A model generated the notes under the pieces. The model searched no databases and had not been told where the DNA came from. It worked only from the letters and a program-made list of their open reading frames with translations. A stretch of 64,000 bases of DNA from Alphaproteobacteria bacterium (lineage in GTDB: Bacteria; Pseudomonadota; Alphaproteobacteria; GCA-2731375). The position numbers and the translations under genes were made by a program. Location of the stretch: assembly GCA_965225945.1 (NCBI GenBank), contig CBDDBZ010000036.1, forward strand, positions 320,001-384,000. Direction: 5' to 3'. Each line of letters opens with the position of its first letter. Position 1 is the first letter of the stretch. Positions 62,658-64,000 of the stretch are shown piece by piece.

Positions 62658-63977
62658 ATGTCAAACTTCACGAGACGTCAGTTGCTGCAAGGCTCGACGG
62701 CGCTCGCCGCTGGCGCCGCGCTCACCGGGCCGGCGCTACTCGACTGGGCCAAGGCCTGGGCGGCGGAGAACCCGTTCAAGCCGGAGAAGGGCGCCAAGCT
62801 GAGGGCGCTGCGCTGGAACCGCTTTGTCATATCGGAAGACGTCCAGTTCGACGCCAACGTCGCGGCCTTCACGGCGGCGACCGGAGTCCCGGTGCGTCTC
62901 GACAAGGAGTTTCTAGACGATATTCAACCCAAGGCCGCGGTGGCGGCGAACATCGGCGCGGGACCGGACCTCGTCTGGGGCCTCCTGGCCCTGCCGCATC
63001 TTTTCCCCGAGAAGCTGGTCGACGTGACCGATGTCGCCGATTATCTCGGCGGTAAATACGGCGGCTGGTATCCCATCGCCGAGGAGTACGGCACCCGCGA
63101 CGGCCGCTGGATCGCCATTCCGATGTGCACCGGCGGCAACTACATCAATTACCGCGCCAAATGGGTGCGTGAGGCCGGCTTCGACGGCGTGCCGGACAAC
63201 ACCGACGGCTTCCTGAAGCTCTGCGCGGCCCTGAAGAAGAACGGCCATCCGGCCGGCATGGCGCTGGGCCACGCGACCGGCGACGGCAACATCTGGACCC
63301 ACTGGCTGTTCTGGGCCTTCGGCGGCAAGCTCGTGGACAAGGACGACAATGTCGTGGTCAACAGCCCGGAGACCATTGCGGGTCTCGAATACGCGCGCGA
63401 GCTGTACCAGACGTTTGTGCCGGGCACCGCCTCCTGGCTCGATGGCCACAACAACAAGGCCTTCCTGTCCGGGGGGATCGGGCTGACCAACAACGGCATC
63501 TCGATCTACGCCGCGGCCCAGGCCAAGGGCATGAAAGAGATCGCCGACGATATGGACCACGCCTTCTTTCCGGTCGGCCCGGTCGGGCGCCCGACCGAGC
63601 TGCATCCGCCGTTTCCGCTGATGGCGTTCAAGTACACCAAGTACCCGAACGCGGCGAAGGCGTTCATGGCGTTCATGATGGAAACCCCGCAATACGACAA
63701 GTGGCTGCAGGAGTCGGTGGGCTTTTTCACTCAGGTATTGAAGGTGCACGACAAGCATCCGGTGTGGAAGGAGGATCCGAAGCGCGCGCCGTTCGCGCAG
63801 GCCTCGGCGCGGTCTCTCAGTATCGGCCACGCCGGATCGCTCGGTTACGCCGCGGCGGGTGTGCTGGCCGACTTCGTCGTCGTCGATATGGTTGCGTCCG
63901 CGGCGTTAGGACAGGCGACGCCGAAGGAGGCCGCCGAGCTCGCGGAGAAACGGGCTCTCCGCTACTACAAGGTCTGA
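62658..63977 (+). CDS. Tat-exported ABC transporter sugar-type solute-binding protein
   Basis: TRRQLL twin-arginine signal; GGAGGA RBS; SBP_bac_1-like GAGPD, W.D..NN.AF. Confidence 0.88.
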   Translation: MSNFTRRQLLQGSTALAAGAALTGPALLDWAKAWAAENPFKPEKGAKLRALRWNRFVISEDVQFDANVAAFTAATGVPVRLDKEFLDDIQPKAAVAANIGAGPDLVWGLLALPHLFPEKLVDVTDVADYLGGKYGGWYPIAEEYGTRDGRWIAIPMCTGGNYINYRAKWVREAGFDGVPDNTDGFLKLCAALKKNGHPAGMALGHATGDGNIWTHWLFWAFGGKLVDKDDNVVVNSPETIAGLEYARELYQTFVPGTASWLDGHNNKAFLSGGIGLTNNGISIYAAAQAKGMKEIADDMDHAFFPVGPVGRPTELHPPFPLMAFKYTKYPNAAKAFMAFMMETPQYDKWLQESVGFFTQVLKVHDKHPVWKEDPKRAPFAQASARSLSIGHAGSLGYAAAGVLADFVVVDMVASAALGQATPKEAAELAEKRALRYYKV

Positions 63978-64000
63978 CCGATCGGCCGGGCGACACGCCG

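Overview
GC-rich alphaproteobacterial chromosome segment, read by eye without tools. The housekeeping backbone comprises ctaA/cox15, tRNA-Pro(GGG), merR-like, ihfA, fabH, plsX, rpmF, yceD, cbp3, bamE, etfBA, pduO, dnaE, lolD, lolC/E, proS and folE. It also carries a form I aerobic CO dehydrogenase operon (coxMSLDE, AYRCSFR motif) and a FlaEY-like beta-propeller gene with a near-consensus CtrA box. Four mobile zones interrupt it. (1) 1-600 is the right end of an island: an IS21 end cutting a group IIC intron, followed by a tRNA-His 3' fragment. (2) ~22.6-30 kb is an IS-rich block (IS630, IS1202-like remnant, two-ORF IS, nested IS1595s, broken Sel1 gene). (3) ~36.3-46 kb is a decayed phage-satellite/prophage-like element ending at a tRNA-Leu(TAA) 3' half; its integrase has a frameshift and Phe at the catalytic Tyr position. 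(4) An 894-bp transposase-less cassette with 22-bp TIRs and an 8-bp TSD sits in the Q-loop codons of a MalK-type ABC ATPase. Most unusual: a two-ORF TG..CA IS present twice, each copy with its own 14-bp target duplication, one carrying a 20-nt insert identical to sequence in the gene it disrupted. No CRISPR array or rRNA was seen.
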